Under the pieces are notes generated by a model, which saw only the letters and a program-made list of their open reading frames with translations, was not told the origin of the DNA and did no database searches. A stretch of 62,312 nt of DNA, counting the filler, from Choristocarpus tenellus KU-1152 (lineage: Eukaryota; Protista; Phaeophyceae): the NCBI GenBank assembly GCA_964200185.2. It is 13 parts of 13 records of this genome, joined end to end, with 100 filler letters (N's around TTAATTAATTAA, not from the genome) between each part and the next. Parts side by side here need not be neighbours in the genome. Positions count along the whole stretch, not along the records: positions 47,129 to 53,323 come from CAXNAD020008710.1; positions 53,424 to 57,541 come from CAXNAD020016125.1; positions 57,642 to 62,312 come from CAXNAD020013528.1; 10 more parts are not named here. One strand, written 5' to 3'. Positions within the stretch are counted from its first letter, which is position 1; each line of letters begins with the position of its first letter. Positions 49,751 through 62,312 of the stretch are shown piece after piece. The translations under genes were made by a program, and so were the position numbers.

Positions 49751-52700
49751 ATGATGGATTCGCGGTTGTCACCACAGGTGGTAGACCTCGTCTTGAGCGA
49801 TGACGACGAGCCTTTGGCGGCGAATTTGACTGTGGAGCAGGGAAGTGCCAATGGGGCAATAGACCTCACTGAAGATGTCGATGATGACTCTGATTCAAGA
49901 GAAATGTGTTTGTCGGCTCCTGAATCAGGGCCTGGTTTAGGTTTAAGCGTAGGTAGAAAATGTGTGTCTGGAGAACTTGGCCTCAGCACTGCGATGGAGC
50001 AACCCATGCAACCAGAAGTGCACTGCATTGTCCCGATGGTGGAGTGCACTTCGTGTTTAGAAGAGGGGAAGCACAATCAGATGTTTCGACTGGATGCCTG
50101 CGGGCATGAGGTGTGCCCTAAATGCGTTGCTAAACACTTGTGTCACAACACGTCTCCAACGACCCTGGTGTGCCCCGTACCGACCTGTACCGCTCTCGTC
50201 TCTGTCCGAGACTTGGCCCTTGTACTACAAGAGGACGCGTGGGACAAACTTCAATCTCAAAGGCTTGAGGCATTTCGACGGATATTGCAGGAAGGTGTGA
50301 GATGTTCAGCATGTTCTGGATGGGTCGAGGCTTCTGGAGAGAGTGTTATGGAAATGGATGTTGCTGTGATGGAGGGTGGACAGTCGAGGGTTGACAATAT
50401 GGAGCAGGTTGTTGAGAAGTGCCAAAATCTGCTTGCGGGACCCACCCTTAGCTGCCAGGCTTGCAATATGATAATATGTCGCATGTGCGGCGAAAAGGCG
50501 CAGGAGCATACCTGTGGAGCAACCAAGCTGCTCTCTCTAGGCAGATTGTTGACTATGTTGTCCTACTTAATTGAAGCACGACCAACGCAAACCGTCCCAG
50601 CTGCTGTACCAGCTAAGGGCATGGATTCACCTCGGGGTAGGGGCAGAGGTGGAGCAAGAGGTCGAGGATGGGGACGCGGTAGAGGACGGGGACGGGGACG
50701 GGGTCGGGGGCGGGGGCGAGGTTTTTTTTCGTATGGATATTCCTACTATGGTGGAGAATACCATGGTGAGAGTGGGATAAGCTCTAAATGGTCCAAGGGT
50801 ACAGGATATGGTGGAGCAGGGGATAGCGCTGTGGCGGCTGCAGCACAGGCCAGGGCACGAGAAGCAGAAGCCCTGGAAGACAAGGCAGTTGGGGCAGTAC
50901 TGACTGCAGTTAGGGCCTGTCTGCCTCAGCCTGAGGATTCCCCCCAACACCTACCTGAGATTATTGCAATGATTAGGGAATCAACCTTGTTGCAAGTTGT
51001 GTGCTCCTATCTCCGAAATGACAGTCTTATGGACATCGTCAAGCGCCGGGAGTTGTACCTGGTAAGGTTCTTCCCCTGTAGGGCGCAGGGAACAATGTGA
51101 CACTGTTGATGTGTAGCTACTATAGCCTATACATGTGAGATCAGGCAATAGTCTTTAATACCTCAGGAAGACTAATGCATGGATATTTTTGCATTGGCAG
51201 CCTGTCAGGAGAGGACAGGCCACCCAAAGGTATAGATTCCTGCTATTAGAGTGTTACATTTTCGTTTAAATGTTATGTTTGTAAGAACATGAATTACTAG
51301 CCAATGGCCAAATATATTTTGAAAACGTCTCCCCTGCCACTTTCTAACCTTGGCAATCGTGGCAAATCTGCATGTTTACTGTAGTTCCTCTTCCATTGCT
51401 CTTACCCGCTCCTGCAGATTCTCTTCGGCCTGACGCAGCATTTCTCTACGCATGAGCTGCTTGCACCTCTTATCGACAGCGTGCCCAACCGGAGACCTCA
51501 GTCGGCAGGAAGCAAGGTCACTGTAGGTGTTTCGGAAGTCGGTTCACAGAAAGAGAAGGGAAAGGGAAAGTCCACAGTCCCATTGGTGCTTGAAGAGGAT
51601 GGTGGTGTTGAGATCGTCATGGGAAAGGAGGAAGAGAAGGAGGAGTTCGAAGAGGAAGAGGTATCGGTTGCAGATCTCCTGGCAAGTGCAGACCGCCAGG
51701 CCAAGGTGTACACATCGGCACCACTAGGGACAACAAAAGGGAAGGGAAAGCGGAACTCTAAGGAAGAGAGTGACATCCTTGGCTTTGCTCTGCAGGCAAG
51801 CGGCGCATGAACTAATGGGGAAATGTCTCGTCGTCCCGTTGTCAGCATCGATAGTGCATTGACTCGTATTTCCTACCTATTGTATATGCTGTTGCCTTTT
51901 CCTGCATGCTTAGCAAACCCAAGGTATCCCCTAGGTTTGCGTGAAGCGGTTGTTGTGTACGACTGATTCCAGGGAAGGGGGGTATGCCGTGGACTGACCT
52001 GTGCCATGCTTTTTGCTTTTTCAGTATTTCATCACATGTCAAGTGATATGTATGACACGGACTCGTGTTTCTTACACTAGAGATGAAAGGCTCTCAAGGA
52101 GCCTGTGAGTCAGGAGACAAATTAGTTCTCAATTTTTTTTTTTCCTCACTCCTACCCTTCTCGGTAGTCCTGAACAGGTGCATTGAGTGCGCGTTGGAGT
52201 AGGTACAAAACGTTGATTTCCCAGCAGAAGAACGACAACTGGGGGGTGTACCTCCACTTTTTCCCCGCTTCAGCATGCAATGTTACCCTCTCCTGTCTCA
52301 CACAAGGTGCCCAATTGTATTGTGTCACGAACCGTAAAGAGTTAATGAGTAAAGAGTTAATGAGTAAAGAGTTAACGAGTAAATAGTTAATGAGTAAAGA
52401 GTTAATGAGTAAATAGTTAATGAGTAAAGAGTTAATGAGTAAAGAGTTAATGATTAAATAGTGAGTAAATAGTTCATGAGTAAAGAAAGAGTTAATGAGC
52501 GATCTTTCTGCTCGGGTTGATACGGCTCGATGAACCCCCATGGCATTGAAGCAAGAATGCAGCGCGGCAACGCGGCGAGCGCACAAAGCGCTGAATGGCC
52601 TCAGCAGAACTTTTATCCAAAAAAAAATACACACGAGAGCTCTGCGCCAAAAAAATGTGGTTTAAAAAAAATAAGAATAATAAAAATCCGCAAATGATAA

Positions 52701-53175
52701 CAACTTCTTATTTATTGTTCCGATTTGTTGTTGTTGTTGTTGTTGTTGTAATTGAGAACATATATCGTTGCTATTTAGAACACAGTCTTTGTTGCTGTTT
52801 CGTCGCCTGTCCACTAAATGCGCCGATGCTGTCTGTATGGGGGCTATTCGCTGCACCGAACCCACCGTGGTGCTAACTAAGGTTGGGTGCAGTGCTGCGC
52901 AAGGTCGGCATAGATTTCTTAGTGGTTGACAGTCCAACGGGTGTGCCTGCTTGGAAGTCTTGCCGTTTGAGTCCGGGTGAAATGGACCGAGGTGGGTCAT
53001 TGAGCTCCTCTTGCCTGCTCTGCTCTGCTCTGCTCTGCTCTGCTCTGCTCTGCTCTGCTCTGCTCTGCTCTGCTCTGCTCTGCTTGCTGCCTTCTTGACT
53101 GACTCCTGTTATCAGGTCCAGGAAGTGTATCGTCAAGTTCAGGGTAACTTGACGTCCATGCGGAAGCGGGCTGAG
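49751..53175 (+). CDS. RING/IBR zinc-finger protein with a BIRC6-like pre-UBC region, 3'-truncated (exons 49751-51061, 51418-51795, 53116-53175)
   Basis: CTSC..CGHEVCPKC..CPVPTC RING; CSAC..CQAC..CRMC..H.C IBR-like; RG repeats; WSKGTGYG and SYLRNDSLMDI motifs as in BIRC6-like E2s. Confidence 0.8.
52337..52499. repeat. 15-bp tandem repeat AAAGAGTTAATGAGT, about 11 units
   Basis: Direct inspection. Confidence 0.92.
53016..53083. repeat. (GCTCT)n microsatellite
   Basis: Direct inspection. Confidence 0.95.
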
Positions 53176-54718
53176 GTGAGTTGTAGTTATAGCTAGAGCT
53201 ACATACACGGTTGCGTTGCCTCTCTCCTTGTTATTCTTATGCTCCAGTAAGTTTACCGGCTTGTACTGTGTTGGGTACATTCATGCCATCGTTCATCTGA
53301 GGTCTCCTCTGTAGGGGGGAAAGNNNNNNNNNNNNNNNNNNNNNNNNNNNNNNNNNNNNNNNNNNNNTTAATTAATTAANNNNNNNNNNNNNNNNNNNNN
53401 NNNNNNNNNNNNNNNNNNNNNNNACTTCACTACCCGTATTCCTTACCTACCCTACACCTATCCACACCGTTGTTCATCGTCTCACTCATCAGACGCCTTA
53501 CCTTGTTGACCTTCTCTTACCATTTCCGTATCCGTTTCTCAAGCATCCCCACCCCTTCCCTCGGACCTTTCTCCCTTCCAGCTTTCGGAAAGATTGTTCA
53601 GGTTATGTCTTGATCCACTCCGGCGAGAAGCTTGCTCGGAGGTTGCCTTATCCTTCCCTCCTTATCTCGTACCCCTTAATTTTCTGACTGCCATCCTCTG
53701 TTTCTGCCTACCACTCAATTTCATTAACTCTCTCGTTCCTTCCTTAACTATTTATTCTCTTCTTCTTTCTTTCTTTTCTATTCCCACATTCTTGTCCTGT
53801 GCCCCCAGCCAACCAGAATTCTCCCGCCCACAAAACTCAGTTTACTTCATAAACTCTCACTTTTCGCCGTCTAAACTGTGAGTGCTACTGTATCAAGTAG
53901 TTCATGGTAGAATTATTTATCATCATACGCTCGGAAGTACACCCTCTACTATATTCTGTAAATTCTGGAATTCGGTCAAGAAAGAAATATTCACAAAACA
54001 CTATATTTATCTCTTAGATACAATACTAGTCTTAGAATTATTTCATCAGAAGAAGGAGAGAGGTGTTGTCTTCTCTTTAGTGACCGTTATTTTATTCTCC
54101 TACATTCACGCAGAAGAAAACAATTTTTAGCGTTTCGCTATTCTCACCAATCTCGGTACCTCCTCACAATCACACATCAAAGACAATCGCTTTGCTCGGA
54201 CTTCTATTAGACACATCGCACCCCAAGTGACGGGTGGAAGCAAAGGACATGTGTGTAGACAACTCTCGGGAGCGTGAAGAAAGTTCACCGAAATGTTGCA
54301 AGAATCGTTCCGGGCCTCCACTAGGAAGTTTGATGGGTGGATAAGACCTTAAGCCAATGCCTTGCCAATGTTTACTGTCATCGTCAATGTGTTGCGGATG
54401 ATGTGAGGGATATCGCAACCTCTGACCCGATCCGCACAAATCCCTTCTGACCTCTGACTCATCCTTTCTACTGCCACCCCCAATTGGGTTCCCCACTAGG
54501 TTCGACCATCAACAAACCTCCTATTTTGCCGAGCTGTACGTAACACGCAGGTCCTCACTTTCCAATATTTTTTACATGACCTAACACTTCGAACGGTCCC
54601 TCTAACGACACGTTCGGGGTAAACCAAGAAGTGCAAACATCTCGTCAGAATAGGGCCATCGACCTGTGGCTCCTCGCAGCACTTAGGAAAATCGTCGTTG
54701 CAATGAACGGCTCCAACA

Positions 54719-54940
54719 GGGTCAAAGTATCTGGGGAGGGGTGCCGGCGTCCGTTTTTGACCCTGGCTCAAAGTACCTGGGGTGTGTGGTGGCTGTCCAT
54801 TTTGAGCTATATCTTTCATGTCGCGATTGTTGGGTGATTTGGTTTCATACGTTGGATGAATAATGAAAGTGCACTTTTCCTGGTGTTGGTCCAAATGGAC
54901 ACTTTGGTAAGACCCCCCCCCCCCCCAGATACTTTGAGTC
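54719..54940. mobile_element. Composite MITE family B (second internal TIR at about 54765)
   Basis: GGGTCAAAGTATCT...AGATACTTTGAGTC; AACA TSD at 54715-54718 and 54941-54944. Confidence 0.9.
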
Positions 54941-57522
54941 AACAACCTCTCGGAAAGACTGTGTATAGCTAGTTCACATGTATCTAGAATTAGCGCAAAG
55001 GTTGGTATCAAGACCTAATCTGGGGACAATGAATGTCATCACAGCCGACGTCCTTACAGTATTGGAGACCGTGAAGAGGACGGCACGACCTCTCATAGGT
55101 GAGGATGAATGAATTTGTCTCTGTTAGGGTCCCTAGGCTCATAGACGTCTCGTCTTGTATTACCACCACTGCACTATTGAAAGTCGATGGTCCGCTGATA
55201 TCATGGTGCACAACCTCCTCTGTGTGACGTCAGCTGTGGATTTGCTCAATATCTTCACCACTCAAACTAGTCTGTACTTCTCTGAACCCCTTCGTCGAAC
55301 CTTCATTTTAGGTGAAGGAAGGGTGATGTGCCTGTCACACTATTCCGTCAATCCGTTTTCGTAGAAGATATTTTGCAAAAAGCAGATAAGGCCTGCAGGA
55401 CGTTGTCTAGGATGACTACCAACCAGGTGAGGCTCGCAAAGTATTGATGCTTTGAATTCTGCGTGATTCCCAAGGACAGTAGTGCTGGATGAGAAAGTTC
55501 TTCCGAATTTTTGGTAGACCTAGTGGTACATCATTTGGACACCCACACAGCCACTTCAGGAACATGTTGAAGCTCTACAGCCAACAGAGTATGGCAATGG
55601 CGCATCTTTGCCAGTATTAGCTATGAAGTACAATGCTGTAATTTATAGTAGTCTGCTCTATATAGTAATTCAATCCCCCTTCTCCCTGTTTCTTCCTCAA
55701 CCCTTTGATGTGGCCGGTGATGGATGTACCTGTTGCCTGTTGTCTTTGAATCAAGCGGATGAAGAACATCTGTGGGAATCCGTGATACACGCTTTGAATA
55801 AGGTGAATGCCTCTCGTCAGATGTTGGGCGTGATGGGGCGAACTTCAGCTTGCAATAACACCGCTCCCTCAGTCTGTGGGACTCAGGCGGCAATGGTTTG
55901 CCGCCAACGCTGGCGGCCAGAGCAACGCAACCCTGTGGGCCCAAGAGGGACACACATGCTCGGGGGTGTTCTTGTCAGATGTCCATATAAGTGCCCATCT
56001 GGAGTTGTGCTACCCCTTCGAGTCATGCCTGGGGTAGTATATTGATATGTGAGGTAGTTAGTTGTGGGTGTGCAGGAAGAACTCTCTGCATGGGGAAAGG
56101 AGAGGAATCCAACCCTGGAGATTCGATCGGTAGTCCTGCCGAGCATTGCTCAAGCAAGAAAATGTCCGTCGAACTATGCAACCAAGTGGCTGTGTTGTAT
56201 GCTGCTGTATGTGTTTGAAATTGCAATTAGGTATGTCACATTTGCTGTGACATGGTACATTCACATCTTAGAAGAAGCAATGCGCAGTGTTGATATGATG
56301 AGAAGTATTTCTTGAGGTAAAATAGAGAGGCAGGAGGGGGTATGTTGAAATATTTCACACTGGACCCGCGGCTTTGGTGCTTTGATGAAGGACAATGAAT
56401 AGCTTGATGTAGATATGCCATGTTAATATTACAAGGGGCTTTTGGTCTCAATTCCGTTGACTGAATTGGTGGGTGGTAAGACATGCCTAGACTATCATTG
56501 CTGTTCCTATAGTGTGGGGTTTGCAATCGTCCATACTAATTTACTACGAATCACATATTTACTTGTCTTAAATATAGCAAGTGTATCTTGAACATAACAC
56601 CGAAATCAATGGACACTATGAGTCGGGACATATTATGTCTGTGACTGGCTCTCCATCATATTACCTAATCCACCGGTGGTGTCTATAATGTATCAGCAGC
56701 ACTATCCACGTACACTCTCCCTTGCTGCGCAGACATTATACACCCACAAAATCTACTTCTCTGAAAAATAGAGAAAAACAAACTTCTGCTAGCTCTCTCA
56801 AAAGCAATGCAACAAATATACCCTAACATCCATGTTGACATTGGGTCAGTGTAGGTACTATAAAAAGTAATGAGTCTACCCATCTGTCCTATTGCAGTCT
56901 TATGTGGAAATATCTTCAGGTACTTTCTCCTGCAGGTCCTTAGCAATACCATGTTGCGTCTCCCATGGTCCATGAAATGGCAGGGTCCTTAGCAATACAT
57001 GTAGGGTCTCCTACAATCAACAAAACCTCCTTAGTACATCACTACTGCAGGTCACTGGAACACAGATCCTACCTCATATATATCTTCCTCTTGTAGTCTC
57101 CAGTGGAAACATTATCGGATACTACTCCTGCAGGTCCTTAGCAATGCCATGTTGCGTCTCCCACAATAAACAAAATCTCCCTTGTACATCACTACTACAA
57201 GTCACCGAAATACAGTAATATGGTTGGGGCTGTTGCTTCAGTTGAGATGTTTAAAATAGTTCGAGACTGAATTGGTGATGGCAATAAAACCTCGATGAGC
57301 ATAACTGACCTAAACTGAAAGGCCGACAAGTGCTGAAGCAGCTGCCGCGAATGAAGTGATGATGGCAGCATACACACCCATCCATTCATACACAACCCTT
57401 GATATGTTTGAACGTCCAACGAAGGGAGGGGTGCATCGTAACATACTGCGACTTGTACAAAGCACAATACTCACGACGTAGCTGTGGCGTGTGTAAGGAG
57501 CTGGTGGGTGATGGGTGTGTTT

Positions 57523-57541
57523 GGCTCGAAGTATCTGGGAG
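57523..57541. mobile_element. MITE family B left terminus at contig end
   Basis: GGCTCGAAGTATCTGGGAG. Confidence 0.6.
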
Positions 57542-58099
57542 NNNNNNNNNNNNNNNNNNNNNNNNNNNNNNNNNNNNNNNNNNNNTTAATTAATTAANNN
57601 NNNNNNNNNNNNNNNNNNNNNNNNNNNNNNNNNNNNNNNNNCACCACGATTAATCAGTTGCTTCGACGATTGATTTCCCAGCTCACTATGATTAATTAGT
57701 TGCTTCGACGATTGATTCCCAGCTAACCCTAACCCTAATTACTACAAAACTGATATTGTACCATATAAATTCTGTGTCGCTTTTTTCGGGCATACTCATG
57801 CACAAAATCGGGGTAGGTACTGTACTTAATATCGATTGATTGGATCGTCATCACAACACAAACTCTTATTATTGTAAATCTCTTGTAGTCTTCAGTACAA
57901 ACCGAAACCCCAACATTGACAACTCACTGCCCAAAAGACATCAACTCACTATTGTGTCCTTCGTACACAAAAAATCATAGTACAACTAATACCAAGACCC
58001 GAAGAGTCAACAGAGATTTGGAGTAAATAGGATAGGAACAAGTGTTGGGTGCAGGTCAAAGAAGAATATACTTCGTTGTAAGGGTATATATAGTAAACG

Positions 58100-61000
58100 A
58101 TGTCCCTGATAGAATGTTATCGCCTTGAGCGTTATCACAAGTGGGGTCATCACCGAAATCTCAAGTGGGGTTACTTGAGAACGTTGGCAATTTTTGCTGC
58201 TGCTTATTCTATGGTGTGTCGATGTGGTGTTGCGGCAACGACCGCGGCTACCTCACTGACAGATGGAGATACAGGGACCTCGGGGTTAGCCCCAGAGTGG
58301 CGTTCACTTGAGGTAGCCGAGAATGTCAAGAAGCTCTTTAAAAGCAACGAGATTCTACACATGTATCATCTACAGGTAATTGTAACAGGACGCCCTACAC
58401 TCAGTCATCATGAAATGAAGAAGGGTAGGGCTGCAGTTGCGGGAAATAGGTACGGTCCTTACCAAGGTTTCTTGCCAGCACTCCGTTCCGTCTCACTTCA
58501 TCTTTAGTCCTTTCTATTGAACAAGCAGGATATTTGCGCATCCCTGGTAACTTTCGGGCATGATGAAGGTGCAGGGATCTGCAAGTATAATAGAAAGAAA
58601 TACAAAAAGGGAAGGACATCAATGGAGGACGACGAGTGCCTTCAATGGGACTTAAAACTGCTGGAAGAGTCCTTGACCTTGGACGAATTTCCCTTCCCCC
58701 TCTCCAGTCTCGGGCCTTGACCCGGACACCACACACCGTTTCCCCAAATAACTACTGTCGTCCGCACTACTTGGTATGTGGGACACCTGGTCGCAGGCAA
58801 CGGGAATGCTGTACGAGAAAGGAGGACTGAATCACGAGATGTCCTTTTATCTCACAGCCATCGCCTTTCACAGTGAGGAGAACCCTGACCTCAAGGTGGG
58901 AGAGGAGAGAGGGCAGCCGCGCAGCTGCAGTTGATACTGCAGTCTTGGAATAATAAAAAGGTGTTCCTCCTAATATACATTCATCCTTCTGGCGGGGGAA
59001 GCAATTTTGTGGCATCTTCTTATAATTCTGCCACTTTCTTGGATCCCCACAACCGAGCAGTGACCCTGGTTGTGTACCTTTTTTCCCCCCTGTAAGTTCA
59101 ATGGAGTAGGATTCACAACCCAAAACTACAATCCTGGTTACTTCTAAATTTATTTTCCCCTGTGCTCCCTCCCCCCGACTGGCACGTGAACCCATGCCAT
59201 GTCATGCCGTGCCAATCAAACAAGAGAAGGTCGCTTTAGCGTACTACCCTACCAATATGACACTGTCACTGCTGCCACTCATCTCAGAGGATGGTCAGGA
59301 GCTGCGCTGGGAACACCAGGATGCTTCTATGGGCTATGTATTGGGCATCGATCAGGTGCAGGATATGGGGCGATGTAATTAGCAAGGTTGATGATTGCCT
59401 TTTTGTGGGTTTTGTGATTGACATGAAATAGGTGCATGGCTCAGTTATTTTGTTTTCATGAAGTGCCCTTGTTTTGCATAATCAGAGTTGTCTGTGATCA
59501 GCCTTCCCATTGCCTCTTGGGTGTATTTTTCGGGGCAGTCTAGCGGCAGGGAGCTGGGTCAACATCAATTATTTACTATAGCCTTCATCCCCTGTGAAGA
59601 GTTTCAGAGTAGCATTCATGTTGCTACAGGGCATGTGGGACATTCTTTACTTTCAAGTTGGAAGCGGAATCATATTTCTTTTTTAGATGCTAAAAACCAT
59701 GATGTGCCAAGAAAAAGAGGAGTATGATGTATGATGATTTTATTCATTTTGATCCTGGTGCAGATTACAGCTGTTTTTCTTCTTTACATCCGTGTTATGT
59801 TAATTGAAGAGTGCAGGGGCCTGCAGCTGAACAGTACAGCACCTTATTTTGACTGCGACAGGGGCCTCCCGTTTTTTTCTTTGTGATAGTAGGGATAGAC
59901 GTGGATTTGCATCGGGGGTTGCTTATATTCAAGGCCGGCAGTAGCAATAGGTGAACAAGACCATTTGCATTGTATTCAGCATGTGCAAACATTTCTGTAT
60001 GATTGCATGCTGTTGGTTGCCAATCTGCACTCTTTCAGACTTGAAGGGAGTGTGTGTTAGGTTACGACGCATAGTTGCTTTCAGCGCAGTTCTGTTGTGC
60101 TGTACTACCTTTTTCGATTTCATTTTTGTGGTAGAGAATGGCATGTGCTACTATCCCTACCCATTGGGTTCTTGCAGGGGTCTTGAAAGATTTATGGTAG
60201 AAGAAGCAGCAAAATGTGGTGGGCGTTTCGTGTTGTGCCACACTGTTGGGTGTACTCAGCTTCAACCTCAACCTATTGACATATTTTTTTCTGTTTGCAG
60301 ATTGTCGTCGTTGGTGTTTTTACGCACTTTTTTTTAAAATCTGTTTTTATCTTTTTTTTGTTATAAAAGAGATTGGTAACAACACACGTGATGATGTGCT
60401 TCCACTTGCATTTCAAAGGAGCACATCTCACCGCTTTTCTGCTGTCAGAATCTCTAGTCTTATTTCGCCGCAGCTGAAGGTAGAGCAGCAGTCCACACAA
60501 AGCCTCTAAGCAGATGGAGATTATCCTCCAGTCCTCCCCACACTCTCCCTCTGATGCAGGTTCCCATCGAAGCAAAAAACTTCCGCTCTTGATGCCATTG
60601 AACCCCCAATTTACAGGGGTACTGGATCGGTGCCTCTTATATGGGGGAAACTACAGGAGCCTTCTTCAACTTTGTTGTTGACTACAGCATCGACTACCAC
60701 TTTGAGCACCCGCATTATCAACCCTTCAGTGTCTACGAAGAGTATCCAGGCATAATGATATGATGGTTTTCTGTTTGCAAACCTTAAGAGAGGTTCATTT
60801 GATTTCAAATGACGTAGTTGTTCAAGACTGAGGATCGATCTTCGCACCAGAGTACTATCCCACAACTGCACAAAACCACTTTTGATGCGAGATTCGGCCT
60901 CGCCATCTAACAATGTCTGGGCTAAAGTTTAAAGGGTTAAAGTTTAGTTCGAGAGGGTCGAGAAAACTTGATCCGTGGCGTTCCAGTTGTTTTGCCACAA

Positions 61001-62231
61001 AGGTAATGCCGGGTAGCTGCATCAAGATAAAATAATAAAATAAAATAATTGACCGATATGGCGAGAGAACTTTCTTTCCTTGAATGAAATTTTCTGAGGG
61101 TTGTGAAAGAAAGACGACCACATAAATAGTAGGCGCAAATTTTAAAATCTGTAAAGTTTTCAGCTTGTTCGTAATAATAAAACCTTTTTTATATGGGGTA
61201 CATAGTTCTTTATTTTTTTTAGAAAAGTAAGTCGTTCTTACTTGCCCCGATAACTTTTTTGCCGATAGCGTTGTGGAGCAGTTCGGTTAGCTTATTAGGC
61301 TCATGCCCTGAAGGTCGTGCGTTTACTTCAAAGTTATGTTGTTTTTTTTCTATTCATTGAGTCCCTCTCCCGTTCTCGTTTCCACCTCGTTCTCACCCCC
61401 CTCCCCTCATCTTGGTTGCAATTCCTCAGGTCATTCATTTGTGTCAGCCAGTAGCTGTGATGAGTTTGTCTGGGACATGTTGACAGTGGCCCAGGAGATG
61501 GGGGTTCGAATGGCCCCGAACATCCTTCCTCAGAAAGTGAAGATCATTATCTACACACAGACAGAGCCTGAAACGATTGTGGTGGATGAGTGGGGGGCGG
61601 GCAGTGGAGACTGGGGTACCGGGGCTGGGGCTGGGGCTGGGGCTGGAGCCAGCAGTGGAACTGTGGAAGGCGGTACGGGTGTGGGAAATGTTAATGAGAA
61701 TGTTACTGGAGAGGTTGAAAATGGAGGAACCAACAGTACAGGCAATAGTGGAAGAAGAGCACTGGGGAAAATGGAACCAACGACCTTGAGAGATGGTCAT
61801 ACTGGGTCAGGGTTAGTCTTGCGGGGTGTGGAGAAGTTGTGGGGTTACGAGGATGAAAACGAAGAAGTGTCTGCCAAAGATGAAGGGGTTGGGGCAGTCT
61901 TGGGGGGAGGGGGAGGAGGGAAGAGGCGTTTGCGCTATCAATTTGATGCAGGGTTAGATGCGGGAGAAGAGAGGGGCAGTGCCAGGGAGGAAGGAGGACA
62001 CAAGGTGAAAGGGGAAGGAGGACTGAAAGGGATGATGAGGACAAAGATGGTTATGCCTGTTTCAGGACTCATGTTGCTAGAAAATGAGACGTCTAGTACT
62101 TCAGCACCAGTGGATGTGGGGGGGGGGAGGTTGATAGAACAGAGGCGCCAGTGGTTCAGGACAACAGCCTCCCCACGGAGAAGCAGGAGGTGGTGGCATA
62201 TTACCAGTCACTACAGGTGTGCCTTCAAGAG
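58100..62231 (+). CDS. Unknown multi-exon protein with a possible N-terminal hydrophobic/signal segment (exons about 58100-58375, 58529-58583, 58857-58894, 59289-59355, 61430-62231)
   Basis: LRTLAIFAAAYSMVC segment; AG/GT-bounded open exons; long Gly-rich last exon. Confidence 0.5.
61267..61325 (+). pseudogene. trnM: 3'-truncated organellar-type tRNA-Met(CAT) fragment (NUMT)
   Basis: AGCGTTG-TG-GAGCAGTTCGGTTAGCTT-A-TTAGG-CTCATGC-CCTGA-AGGTC-GTGCG; fMet-like D and anticodon arms; no 3' half. Confidence 0.65.
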
Positions 62232-62312
62232 GTGAGGAGTGCATCGAGTGATGTGGTTGGTGTGAACAAGGGTTGGGTAAGGTGGGCGAAGGAGAAATAG
62301 GTAGGGCATGTG

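Noticed and set aside
3568-53175. Apparent clustering of centriole/spindle genes (CENPJ-like, TPX2-like, coiled-coil, WD40)
   Set aside because: They lie on different concatenated contigs, so no physical linkage can be inferred.
53424-57520. Short ORFs and a local duplication (about 56930-57210)
   Set aside because: No recognisable domain or consistent exon chain.
57722-57737. CTAACCCTAACCCTAA telomere-like repeat (similar short TTAGGG runs at about 12641 and 46424)
   Set aside because: Only 2-3 units and interstitial; not a chromosome end.

Overview
Eukaryotic, intron-rich genomic DNA. The most likely source is a brown alga or related ochrophyte; this is inferred from the stramenopile-type H2B N-terminus, long introns and TTAGGG remnants. 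The window is not contiguous: 13 short contigs are joined by 12 artificial 100-bp linkers (N-TTAATTAATTAA-N), so adjacency across linkers has no biological meaning. Partial spliced genes include a degenerate TKL-type kinase, a CENPJ/SAS-4-like protein, coiled-coil proteins, a WD40 protein, a TPX2-like protein, a DHHC palmitoyltransferase, a RING/IBR plus BIRC6-like protein and an unknown putatively secreted protein. Also present are an H2A/H2B pseudogene pair apparently inside a decayed Copia element, a Harbinger transposase pseudogene, a tRNA-Ser-like pseudogene and an organellar tRNA-Met/NUMT fragment. The strongest unexplained signal is a pair of abundant MITE families with unrelated interiors. 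They share the terminus GRGT(C/G)AAAGTATCT, have 4-bp TSDs (Sola2-like), and several copies sit 7-9 nt from splice sites. An intron-containing Sola/DUF7869-like transposase gene in the same window is a candidate partner.
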